A DNA stretch of 64,000 nucleotides from Mobula hypostoma (lineage: Eukaryota), in NCBI RefSeq assembly GCF_963921235.1, contig NC_086097.1, positions 34,350,001 through 34,414,000 of the forward strand. Direction: 5' to 3'. This document shows, piece by piece, positions 49,900 through 61,180 of this stretch; position 1 is the stretch's first letter, and the number at the start of each line of letters is the position of its first letter. The notes below the pieces were generated by a model, which saw nothing but the letters and a program-made list of their open reading frames with translations, had not been told where the DNA came from and did not search any database. The position numbers and the translations under genes are program-made.

Positions 49900-50292
49900 C
49901 AGAGGATGGATAGGAGGTCTGGCCCCTGAACATGTAGCACGCAGGCCCACTGGTGAGTGGACATGCCCTGGTGCTCGTGAACCAGATCCCCGAGCCCCGC
50001 TGCCTGTTGGGCAGCCTCAGGAGAGACAAAGGCGACAGGAGTAAACCCAGACAGCAAATCTGGGGCGAAGCCGCTAAGGCAGGTGAGGGATGTTATTGAA
50101 CTTCCTTCCAGCAGCTCCTGCAGCCAAGCTGGTGCCAAACGTATTGCTTCATAAGCTTTCCTTTAGACTACACCAGTGAGGCCGAGAGGGGGATCTTGAT
50201 GACTGGGCATCTCAGGATCTTCATACTTTCTGTCCAGGCTTGTGATGATAATCATCATCACCCATTGTCCTTCAAGACAGATGGATGCCAAC
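49900..50292 (+). mobile_element. RTE-related non-autonomous element
   Basis: Shares ggagtaaaccc...aaatctgg.gc..agcc.ctaaggcag and the 3' block with 43402-43950. Confidence 0.5.
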
Positions 50293-50329
50293 TGTCAGCT
50301 ATCAATCATTTCCAGCAAAACAGAGCTCT

Positions 50330-50493
50330 CTCTGACCTATCACCTTCTAGCTTGCCCATCTTCCCCTCTCTCCACCCCTTCATTCTGGTGTCTTCCCCCT
50401 TCCTTTTCACTCCTGATGAAGGGTCTTAGCCCGAAACATTGACTGTTATTTGCTTTCATTGATGCCACCTGATCTGATGAGTTCCTCCAGCAT
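50330..50493 (+). mobile_element. Penelope pLTR with hammerhead motif (50408-50445)
   Basis: cactc CTGATGA agggtcttagccc GAAA catt gactg. Confidence 0.75.
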
Positions 50494-51442
50494 TTTGTGT
50501 GTTAAACTGCACGAGGTAGATTTGAAACAGTCTTAACTGAGACCCTCTGGTTTTCACTTGACCAGTCTGTCATAGGAACTATTCTTAAGAAGAGGAGTTT
50601 GGATTTATTTACATGTACATTGAAACATGCCTCAATGCATTGTTTTTGCATCAATGACCAACATAGCCTGAGATGTGCTGGAGGCATCCCTCAGGTGTAG
50701 CTACACTTCCGGTACCAACAAAATGTGTTCCCAAGTTACTAATCCTAACTTGTATGTCTTTGCAATGTGGGAAGAAATCCACCCAGGCACAAACTCCTTA
50801 CTGACAGTGGCCAGAATGAACCCCAAACTTCAAACTGTCAGTGTTACTTTTACCATTGTGCTATTGTGCCTGATCTTGCCACTTGGGATCTAAGACGAGG
50901 CATCTGCCTGCATCGACACTCCTCTGCATTGAAAAGAATTCTACCACAATATAATGCAAATTGGTGTCTTGGGAGAAAGGGGCTAATGATAACAAAATGA
51001 AGGATGTCACACATTCAAAGTCCTTCTGCCAAAAGAAACAAATGCTGGGATATAAATGATCACTATTAATGGGTTTCAAGAGGAGAGACACACTACTTTC
51101 AAGTTCAAATTTCCATCTTCAGCCTTGGCCAAATTATTTTCCTTTTATCATTTGTAGTAAGTTTGGCAAAAGATTGTCAGAGTCTATTTCTTCACCATTT
51201 ATTGGAGTGCAATGGAACATTTTACGAGCCACATTCATTAAAATTACTTCAAAAATAAATAGCTACAAGCAATTGCTCCATAAAAGACATTGACCAATTT
51301 GTTTACAAATGCTGATTTACTGGTCTAAATGGATAAAGTCTCTCATCTGGCTAATTAATTAACAGGGTTGTCAATTACATTGAATTGAACAAGAGTTTGC
51401 CTTCTGTGTATCAGCACTCACAAGTGAATAGAAAATTCATTG

Positions 51443-51572
51443 CAACACACAGAAAATGCTGGAAGAACTCAGCAGGTCAGGCAGCAACTATGACTTGCCT
51501 GGCCTGTCAAGTTTCCCCAGCATTTCATATTTGTTGCTCTGGATTTCCAGCATCTGCTGGGAATCTCTTGAG
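51443..51572. mobile_element. Short fold-back Penelope pLTR insertion
   Basis: aaaatgctggaagaactcagcaggtcaggc followed by its inverse. Possible TSD tagaaaattcatt / tagaaaatgtatt. Confidence 0.7.
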
Positions 51573-52104
51573 TTTAGAAAATGTATTATTTTCATTGTTA
51601 CACCTCGGTGCTAACATAATAGTGAGAACTAATAACGACTGTGGAACTGAATCAGATCTAATCAGATGTCACTCACTAAAACTCAAATAATTTACATTCA
51701 GACTGTTTTAGTAAAGACATATTGAAACTCAATGAAAAAGAAACAGAGAGTTTCTTTTAAACTTTCACTAGGTACTACATTCACTCAACCACACCTACCG
51801 TTGTTAAAAGGGAAAACACGATGTTCTCAAAAAAAGCACATGGACAGAATATGACACATAGATGATCTCAGCCAGAAAAGAGGTAAAAGTGCTGAAAAGA
51901 TTACTTGCCTTTGGAGTCATTGGGCTCAAGGAAAGAATTAGAAATACTTCAGTGTTTGCACCCTTGGTTACTCTCCAGTTGCCAAGGAGGAAAAAGGAAG
52001 AAGGAAAGGTTCCAGGTCGTGGTAAAGATGAAGGGAGATACAGAGAAAGGGATCAAGCCCCACTGTCTGTGGGTCCTATCTCTATAAGAAATTATCTGTC
52101 AATC

Positions 52105-52230
52105 ATAAACACAGGAGATTCTACAGATGCTGGAAATCTTGAGCAACACACACAAAATGCTGGTGGAACTCAGCAGGCTAGGCAGCTTCTACAGAGTGGA
52201 ATAAACAGTCAACGTTTCAGGCCGAGACCT
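52105..52230 (-). mobile_element. Penelope pLTR fragment
   Basis: Reverse complement of the repeat, ending aacagtcaacgtttcaggccgagacc. Possible ctgtcaa TSD. Confidence 0.75.
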
Positions 52231-53117
52231 GCTGTCAACGCTGAGTTTTAATGATAGGTTCCTGTGCTCATTCTTTGCATATCTCTGACATGGGTGGAGG
52301 GTTTTAGTGATGGGATCTCTGGAAAAAAACATGATTTGCTTATTTTTTTTTAAAATGACTGAAAATCTAATCGTGTACTAGTTTACAGTTAGTTGTCTTC
52401 CAACACAGTAGCTGGAAATGACCTTTCCATTCAGTTCTGGAAGTATCAGACTCTATTTGCCCAGATTTCAAACATTTAGATGTGTTGAATTCAACATATT
52501 TTTATTTCTTCCAGTCAGGTCCCTTTCCAAGTATAATTGGCAAAGGAAGTGTTGAATGCAAATTTCTTTCATGTTCTGGCCAATTTGTTCTTCATGGGTT
52601 TGGAAACAGAAATATCCTGAAGTATTAATTATGAACCGAAATTGAACTGTTTCCCAATTAAAGGGAAACATTCCTTTTATCATAATGTGATGATTGCCTG
52701 GGAATAATTTAAATTCATACGTTTTCAGAATATAAAATTATGTCTAGTGTGCTAAATGGAAAAGTTGGTATTAAAGCATCATTTTTATTAATGATGCTTG
52801 TTCATTCTTCTGAAGCAAGGTATAGTAAGCAATGAGCATGTAGTAATTCCCACCTGGGATCAGATCTTTAATATCATTCTTGACAGTTAACACTTACATT
52901 TTTTCCATTCTGTGTCATTTTTTACCTCAGCATCTGAATCAAACAGGCTCCAATTTTTCCATGCAAAAATGTCACTTATTGTTCTCACAACAAAATGTTT
53001 GAACCTTCAGTCAGTAAAGGGTCAAATCAAGTGCTAAAAATAGACCACAGCAAGATGAATTAATGGTTGCTTCCCATTCATACCAAGTGGAAAGGAGGAG
53101 ATCACAATTCTTTCAAA

Positions 53118-53345
53118 GCAACACAGAATGCTGGAGGACCCCAGCAGACCAGGCAGCCTCAATGAAAAGAGTGAACCGTCAACGTTTCGGGCCAAGGCTC
53201 TTCAGTCCTGCTGTCCTGATGAAGGGTCTTGGCCCGAAACTTCGACTGTTTACTCTTTTCCATAGATGCTGCCTGGTCTGCTGAGTTCCTCCAGCATTTT
53301 GTGGGTGTTGCTTTGGATTTCCAGCAACTGCATATTTCCTCATGC
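53118..53345 (+). mobile_element. Fold-back Penelope pLTR insertion
   Basis: Perfect 16-bp TSD tcacaattctttcaaa at 53102-53117 and 53346-53361; inverted plus sense pLTR. Confidence 0.9.
53211..53248 (+). ncRNA. Minimal type-I hammerhead ribozyme motif
   Basis: ctgtc CTGATGA agggtcttggccc GAAA c TTC gactg. Core boxes, stem II and an NUH triplet (UUC) are present. Confidence 0.65.
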
Positions 53346-53380
53346 TCACAATTCTTTCAAATCTATCTTAATCCCACATA

Positions 53381-53897
53381 TACTCGGTGGCCACTTTATT
53401 AGGTATACCTGTACCGTTCATTAAATCAAATATCTAATCAGCCAGTCATGTAGCTCGGTAAAGAGGTTCAGTTGTTATTCGGACCAAATATCAGAATGTG
53501 ATCTAAGTGACTTTGGCCATGGAATGATTGTTGGTGCCAGACAGGGTGGTTTAAGTAACTCGGAAACTGCTGATCTCCTGGGATTTTCCACACACTTTAG
53601 TCTCTAGAGTTTACAGAGAATGGTGCGAGAAACAAAAAATCATCCAGTGAGCAGTAGTTCCTGTGGTCAAAATCTCCTTGTTAATGAGAGAGATCAGACA
53701 AGAAAGGCCATACTGGTTCAAGCTGGCAAGAAGGTGAAAGTAACTCTAATAGAAGGTGGTGTGCAGAAGATCATCTCTGAATGCACAACATGTCAAACCT
53801 TGAAGTGGATGGACTACAGCAGCTGGAGACCATGAACAGACACACAGTGGCCACTTCATTAGGTAGAGGAGGTACATAATAAAATGACTATTATGTG
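53381..53897 (+). mobile_element. Tc1-derived non-autonomous element
   Basis: TA-flanked. The terminus actcggtggccactttattagg is repeated internally (about 53843-53863) and inverted at the right end. Internal helix-turn-helix-like transposase remnant (GMIVGARQGG..SETADLLGFS). Confidence 0.7.
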
Positions 53898-54261
53898 TAC
53901 TTTTTGCAGCTAGCAGCAATTGTATGGCTATACAACTATAATTAGCTGTTGGTGATTTGTGGCCAAGTATTCAACACCTTTAGTAACCTGGCCTGCCTCT
54001 GTTCTGAATCATAGAATTTATGGAGGGTATCCAGTTGATCAAGCTGTCCTGACTAAGTCCTCATCCCGATTCTCAGCACATACCTTACAAGACATGACAC
54101 TCAGAATTTTCATCCATGTAATTTTTAAAATGTGTTCATCTTCTCCAGCCTGTCTGGCAGTGAAATTTCTTTTCAGAAATGAAAATCAAAATAAATGCAG
54201 ATGCTGCAAATCTGAAAGGAAGACCAGTATAGTGTCACAGCTAGTAGAGCTCTATCCTGTT

Positions 54262-54648
54262 TGAAACAGGGACACCTCTTTTTCCCTTATTAACGAGAGA
54301 GAGAGCCTGTAGCATGTCGAATTACTGGGCGAATGAGTAGTTTTTGGGGTACTGCAAGTCTGTGTCTTTCCTGATGCTTTGCTGCACGCTTGAGTGCTTG
54401 GTTGGGGGGGAGGGAGCTGATGGTTTTTGCTGGTGGTGGAGGGGTGTCGTTGCTTGGCTGCTGCTAATGCGTGGGAAGTGGGAGTTGGAGGTGCTTCAGA
54501 GTTCTAACGTTTAACTGTCATTTATTCTTTGGGGCACTCCTCTGTTTTCATGGATGTTTGCAAAGAAAAAGAATTTCAGGATGTATATTGGAAACATTTC
54601 TCTGACATTAAATATACCGATTAAAACTTATTATAACCTATTGAAACC
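54262..54648 (+). mobile_element. Family B non-autonomous retroelement, 5'-truncated, apparently inserted in a SINE head
   Basis: Collinear with about 40365-40722; ends cctattgaaac. Confidence 0.7.
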
Positions 54649-54804
54649 TTGCAGAAGCACAGACCCAGATTAAATCTGGACCTCAAATGCTGTCTGGGTA
54701 GAGAGAGAGAGAAAGAGAAAGAGAAAGATTTTGGACTAAAGGGGGATCAAGAATTACAGAGATGAAACAGGAAGGCCCAGGCCAAAAGCAAGACTTATCA
54801 CATG

Positions 54805-54930
54805 TAATGCACACAAAATGCTGGAAGAACTCAGCAGGCCAAGCAGCAACTGTGGAACTGCCTGGCCTGCTGAGTTCCTCCAGCACTTTGTGTGAGTTGC
54901 TTGGATTTCCAACATCTGCAGATTCTCTCC
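54805..54930. mobile_element. Short fold-back Penelope pLTR insertion
   Basis: cacacaaaatgctggaagaactcagcaggcca...tggcctgctgagttcctccagcactttgtgtg inverted arms. Confidence 0.8.
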
Positions 54931-56354
54931 TTAAGATTATTGCGTGATTAGGTAGCCTGCATTTCTTTTCATTACATTTTTATTTTAGCTTTGATAACAT
55001 CTTCCTACATCTTTTCTGCAGCCTTTCTAGTCCTCTGACATCCACCGTCAATGTTGAACCAGGTTTGCATATGAGCTGTGCCCTACCCAATGTCCCAGTA
55101 TGGTCCATTTACGTAAACCCATCATCCCTATTGGGGCATTGGCTACCAACAGCAGCTCGCCGGAGTCCTCTGTCCTCCTGGGCCCTGTTGTTTCTACTTT
55201 CACCACTTGACTTTATATGTCTTCTAGGCAAAGATGCTCTCTTATGGATCTTCTGTAGCTCTGGGCTGTCACTGGATGGGCTTGCTAGCCCCATGCCCAG
55301 CCATCCTCTTTTCCCAGCCAGGCTTGCGACTGTTCATGGTCCTCTTTCTCTTATATTCCATGCATGGCCAATAAATGAAAGTGTTTCTTCTGCCTTGTTA
55401 GCCACCGCAGGTACCTAGTCTGTTACATTCAGAAGCTGTGGACCAGCAGCCAAGATCCTTCCTATACCTCGCTGCTCAATATCTTAGTATTTACTGTCTA
55501 CTTTCTACACCTATCTCACCAGCTTGTTGATAACCACAGCAGTCTTCCTCAATATCAGCTACACTGTCAACTTTCTTATCATTTAGCAAAATTATTATGA
55601 TGTTCCCTACATTTTAATCCAAATTGTTGACACATACTACCAAAGGCACTCACACTGGGCTCCACAGTTCTCTGCAACATACAACCTTCAAGTCACTTGA
55701 GCTGCTGTTGACCATCATGATTTTTGATGTTGGGTTCAACTCACCACTTTCCCTTGTTCCTCTAGGAACTATAACGTACCTGTAAATGGGGTACTGGAGA
55801 CTTGAACTATGATACTCCCTGAGCGCTGAATTCAATCAGAAATTGAAAACCTCTTGAATCAAATACATTATAGCAGCAGGCACTGCTCTCTAAGTATCAT
55901 ACTGCTTCATAAATACTCACAGGTGAATACTTGTGAAACAGTCATGGCTTATTAAGGTCTGATGAAAAGTTTAAGCCAAGATGTTAATTCCTTTTCTCTC
56001 CCCATAGATACTGCATGACTTGCTGAGGTTTTCCAACATTTTTGGATCTAATTCCAGGCTCAGGAAGTAGTGGTGAACTTAGGACTTTGTATGGGAGTTC
56101 TTCAGGCAGAGATTCCAGTTCAGATCTACTTGACGTGGGCTCAGGTAAACTCAGAGTTGTCTGATTGCATGGACATAACCGGAGGATTGGTGACAATAAG
56201 TTCTGTTCCAATGCCAAACCCTGCACTTGATACTGTTGTCAAGTTACTATTGAAAGGGCACACTATTGTACAGTTTCTAGCTTGTTAGAACTGGCTCCAC
56301 CAAGGCATGTGGTCACAGCTTACTATAGCAATTGCCCTGCCCGCAACTAATCAC

Positions 56355-56765
56355 AGACAGTTGTGAGGGCAGCCCAGTGCATCATGCAAACCAGCAACTC
56401 CTCGACTGACTCTGTCTATGCTTCCTGCTGCCTCAGGAAACCAGCAAACATAATGAAGGACCTCTCCAACCCTAGTCAGTCTCTGTTCTCCCTTCTGAAG
56501 CTGCAAAACACGTCCAGGTTCAAGGACAACTCCTATCCTGCTGTTTTGAATGGACCTCTTATATGCTTAAGATGAATTTTTAATGTCCCATCACTGTCCT
56601 TCCGGTTTATTGCACATTATCTGTAGCTGCAACATTATATTTTCCATTCTGTTTACTTTTTACTACCTCAATGCACTTATATAGGCATGGTTTGCCTGGA
56701 AGTTACATAAACAAAGATTTCCACAACATCTTGGTACAGTACGAATAATAAACCAATACCAATTA
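56355..56765 (+). mobile_element. Rex1/Babar-type LINE 3' fragment
   Basis: ORF 56363..56575 (RAAQCI...IMKDLSNPSQSLFSLL...RFKDNSYP). Confidence 0.6.
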
Positions 56766-56949
56766 TGTTGCTGATACTGTTTGACAGTCTAACTGCAGGA
56801 AGTAAACTGCTGACAAAAGACCTTTATCTCCCGATGATGATTTCCATATAATGGGACTGCAAACGCAACTGTCTAGTCTCCGCGTGATAACGAAGTAGAA
56901 CAAAGTTCTCATCTGTACTGCAGTCCCATCAATAAAGCACAAAAGTGTG

Positions 56950-57355
56950 TTAGAATCAGATTGTTATCACTGATTTATTTGGCATGACGTGAAATGTGTT
57001 GTTTTGTGACAGCAGTACAGTGCAAAGACATGGAAGTCACTACAATGTAGAAGTGGAACAACAAGGTAATGTTGATGGGCTATTCAAAAACCTGATGGCA
57101 GAGGGGAGGAAACTGCTTCTAAGTTGTTGAGTGTGAATCTTCAGGCTCCTCTACCTCTCCCTAACGGTAGTAATGCAAAGAGGGCATGACCCGGATGGCC
57201 AGGGTTCTTCGTAATGGATGCTGCCTTCAGGAGGCAGTGCCTATTGATGGCAGCAATGGTTGTCCCCAGGGTGGGGCTGGCCTGGTCTACAACCTTCTAC
57301 AGCCTCTTACAATCCTGTGTATCGGAGCCTCAATGCCAGGCTGTGATGCCACCAT
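56950..57355 (-). mobile_element. Rex1/Babar-type LINE 3' fragment
   Basis: agaatcaga tail and an ITKNPGHPGHALF..PLGRGRGA remnant on the minus strand. Confidence 0.6.
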
Positions 57356-58309
57356 ACACGTGTAGTGTGCTCTTTCTAGAGGGTTTCTTAGGGTCTTATG
57401 ATCTTATTTTGCAAACTGCATCCACTGCATATAAAATCACACCATCCTATCTGGCTGCCTTTGTAATTTTAGTATGCCTCTACAGACACATCTAATAGAT
57501 CTAGCCCAACCTTCTTCCTTATTGATGATCCCAAAAAGCATCTACACAGTTTTGATATACCTTGACTAGCATGGATACTTGCTTTACTGATTTACTAGGG
57601 CCTTTAGTTCCGGGACAAAATATATGAACGACAAAAAGAAATTGCTGACAATTAGAAGCTAAGAAAGTCTACATTTATTCTTGAAATTTTCAAAAGGATG
57701 AATAGATATTTTCAGTCTTTCATTTCACTCCCTTGCATTGCGGTTTCAGTAACATTATTTCCGTTTCAGTTGCCCTATAGAGTTAATTGTTCCTGTCAGC
57801 TCTCAGTCAGTAGAATAGCAACGCAAGTCAAGAGTGTAACCCAGGTTTCATACTAAAAATCAAAATGCATTCAAAACCTGTGGAAGCTGCAAAACACAAA
57901 GAGTGTTGTGTACTGTTAGCAGGATCATTGTGCAGAAATTTTCAAATGGGGCTTTAGTAATGCATTACATGTCAAAGTTCCTGTTAGCTTATTTGCTCTT
58001 CAGAGCAAATTTACTCTTAGGTTTCAGATGTACTAAATATAGAGGAGTTAGCTAGCCAGAGGGTCCTGACTGTCCTTATGTTCAGGATTGATCAAAATAT
58101 TATTTTCCTCTTATGCCAACTCACTGTCCTAGATAATCCAATGTCAACAATTACATGAATGAGGTAGCAGTTACCATAAATACCCCCAGTATTGTTGCAG
58201 CAATATAGATTTCACATGCACAGTTTAAGGGGTGGGGAAAAAAAGCTGCTTATTTTCTTCTGTGGTGCACCATTTCACAATGCCCCAAAGTCAGAACTAT
58301 TAAAGTACT

Positions 58310-59715
58310 TCAGATCATCAGAGCAGAAGTAGATCATTCAACCTCTGAAGCATATACTGTCATTCAGTAAGATCTAGGCTGATCGTCTGACAATTACACC
58401 ATTTTCCTGTCCCCTGTCTCTGAAATGCAGCAATGTCTCAGTTTCTGAATGTTATCAATGACAGAGCCTCTCCAGCCTTTTGGGGCTGAGAAGTCCAAAG
58501 ACACATCACCCTCTGATGTGTCAAATTCTCCTTGTGTGACTCCAACTAGCTTATTCCTTATTCTGCGGCTGTAAAACCCATGGCTCCAAAACTCTGGTCA
58601 AGGGAAAACATCCCCCCTGTACCTTTTCAAGAACTCAAAGAACTTTGTACTTCAATAAGGCCTCCTGTTATTCTTCTAAGGTCCAGACAATATGGGCCTA
58701 TTGCAGAACTGGCCTACTCATTCCTTCCTGGTATGACAGGCTCACCACCCCAGGAACAAATTTCATGAATCTTTGGCATGCTCCCCCTTTGCCAAGTGAA
58801 TCCTTTTTTTTTGGGTAAGCTTAGAAAAACTGCACACAGCTTCAACTGCACCATAACTTCAGTTATGGTCTTTTTTTTAAACTGTTCCCATGGTCTGCTC
58901 TTTATCAAATTATGGTATTGCTTTAAGACTTTTCACTGCTGTAACTATAGGTTATAATTATGTGGTCTTGTCAGTGTTAGTCTTTGGTTTGTCTTGTTTT
59001 ATTTTGTGATATCACTCTGGAGGAACATTGTATCATTTCTTAATGCATGCATGCATTTCTAAATGACAATAAACGAGGACTGAGTGTCCTCATAATCTAA
59101 TCGAATTGTGATAAGACAACTTTACTCTTGTACTCAAATCCTCTGGCAATAAAGGACAGTATGCCATTTGCCTTCCCAACTGCCTGCTGCCCCTGCATAT
59201 TAGCTTCCAGTGCCTAATACACAATGGCACTCAATGCTTTCTCATCTGTCACGAGCTAAAAAAGGTATTTGGCATTTCTTTGTTTTTTTAACTGTAGCGG
59301 ATAAACTCACACTTTTCCACGTTGAATTAGATCTGCTACATAGTTGTCCATTCGTGCACCTCTTTACACATCCTCTTAAGTCTCCTTGTATCTTCAGCAG
59401 TACTGAAGTTCCCACTTAGCTTTGTGAGTGGTTGAGGCCCAAGCACCATTTGCTACAGTATCTAGCCTGTCAATCTGTGAAGGGCCCATCTATTCCTACC
59501 CCTTTTTTATCTGTAGACTAGCTTTCAACGCACTCTACAATTTCACTCCAATTCCATGTGCTCTAAGCTTTTTCACCAGCCTCCTGAATGACACTTATCA
59601 AAATCCAAGTACATTACCCTGACTGCATCCCCTCCCCGTCATCAACTTGAACATGTGGATCCTCAAGGAACTCCAGTAGTTCAAACATAATTTCCTTTTC
59701 ATAAACCTGTCCTGC
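58310..59715 (-). mobile_element. Old degenerate CR1, interrupted by a family A copy
   Basis: CR1-like 3' UTR at 58310-58560 and RT remnants at 59105-59715. Confidence 0.5.
58868..59103 (+). mobile_element. Family A, 5'-truncated copy
   Basis: Matches about 18510-18724, including the gaggactgagtgtcctc hairpin and taatctaat tail. Confidence 0.75.
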
Positions 59716-59726
59716 TCAAGATTAAA

Positions 59727-59855
59727 GACGAGAGATTCTGCAGACACTGCAGTCCTGATGAAGGCTCTTGGCCCAAAACATTATCGCTTTGTTCCTCTCC
59801 ACAGACGCTACCTGACTTGTTGAGTTTCTTCAGTTTGTTTGTGTGTGTTTCTCAA
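59727..59855 (+). mobile_element. Penelope pLTR with degenerate hammerhead motif
   Basis: cagtcctgatgaaggctcttggcccaaaac at 59750-59779. Confidence 0.7.
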
Positions 59856-60389
59856 ACTTATTTTTATTCTCAACATATTTTGATGTTCTATTTGTTTTAT
59901 AGGTGCAAAAGGTTGGATTAATATCCAGTTAAGACCACAGCACTTGTGGTTCAGAACAACTATTATAAAAGGCAAAGTTAGGTTAGAAATTCACTCTCTA
60001 TCCAAAACAACTATTGTGGTTATCTGTCTATAACACATAATGTTTGATATTTAACTCAATTCTTTACAATGACACTAAATATAGAACTAAATTTCAGGCT
60101 CTGCACAGCATTAAAGCCAGAATTAAAGCTCCGAGACAGCTTCTTTCTACAAACCATTAGATTTTTAAATTCACACACCAGTACATTGCAACGGAATCAT
60201 AATGCAAAGATTTTTACTCCCTCATGTTATGGGATGGCTGTAAGATTTTAAATAAATTCTATTTAATTGTATCTTAAATTCTATTTAATTCCATGAGCAT
60301 CAGATTTATTGTGACTATTTTGTCCCACAATTGTGATCCATTTCTGCTCCTAAAATCCATGGAATTCACAATAACTGCAACTGCAAGAG

Positions 60390-60555
60390 GATCTCAACAG
60401 ACCAGGCAGCATCTATGGAAAAGATTACAGTCGACGTTTTGGGCCAAGACCCTTGGCCGTGGTAAATGGTCTGTGGCCAAAACGTCGACTGTATTCTTTT
60501 CCGTAGATGCTGCCTGGCCTGCTGAGTTCCTCCAGCATTTTGTTTGTGTTGCTTC
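60390..60555. mobile_element. Fold-back Penelope pLTR insertion
   Basis: ccaggcagcatctatggaaaaga..acagtcgacgtttt is paired with aaaacgtcgactgt..tcttttccgtagatgctgcctgg. Confidence 0.85.
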
Positions 60556-61180
60556 AGAATCAGAATCAAGTTTATCATCACTGACATATGTCATGATATC
60601 TGTTGCTTTGCAGCAGCAATACAATTCAATACATAAAATATACTATAGGTTACAATAAGTAATATTTTTTAAATATATAAACACAGTGCAAGAAGGGATC
60701 AAATTGCTGAGGAAGTGTTCCTGGGTTCATTGACTGTTCAGAAATATGACGGCGAAAAAGAAAAAAGCTGTTCCAAGAAAACTGGGTGTATGTCTCCAGG
60801 CTCCTGTATCTCCTCAGCAACGGTGGTAATAAGAATAGGGCATGTCCTCGATTGTGAGGGCCCTTAATGATTGAAGCCATCTTCCTGAGGCATCAGCTTT
60901 TTTAAGATGTCCTCACTGGTGGGGATGCTAGATGTGATGGAGCTGGCTGAGTTTACAATCCACTGCGGCCTTTTCCAATTCTGTGCATTGGTGCCTCCAT
61001 ATCAGACAATGATGCAACCAGTTACAATGCTCTCCACGGTACATCCGTAGAAATTCACTGGAGTCTTCGGTGACATACCAAATCTCCTCAAACTCCGAGT
61101 GAAATATAGCTGTTGGCATGCCCCCTTCGTAACTGCATCATTATGTTGGGTCTGAGATAGATCTTCAGAGATGCTGACAC
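60556..61180 (-). mobile_element. Rex1/Babar-type LINE 3' part
   Basis: ORF 60650..60880 (ASIIKGPHNRGHALFLL..RRYRSL); agaatcagaatc tail. Confidence 0.7.

Noticed and set aside
56834..56973. Box C/D snoRNA (atgatga ... ctga)
   Set aside because: No terminal stem, and the D-box candidate lies inside a LINE tail.
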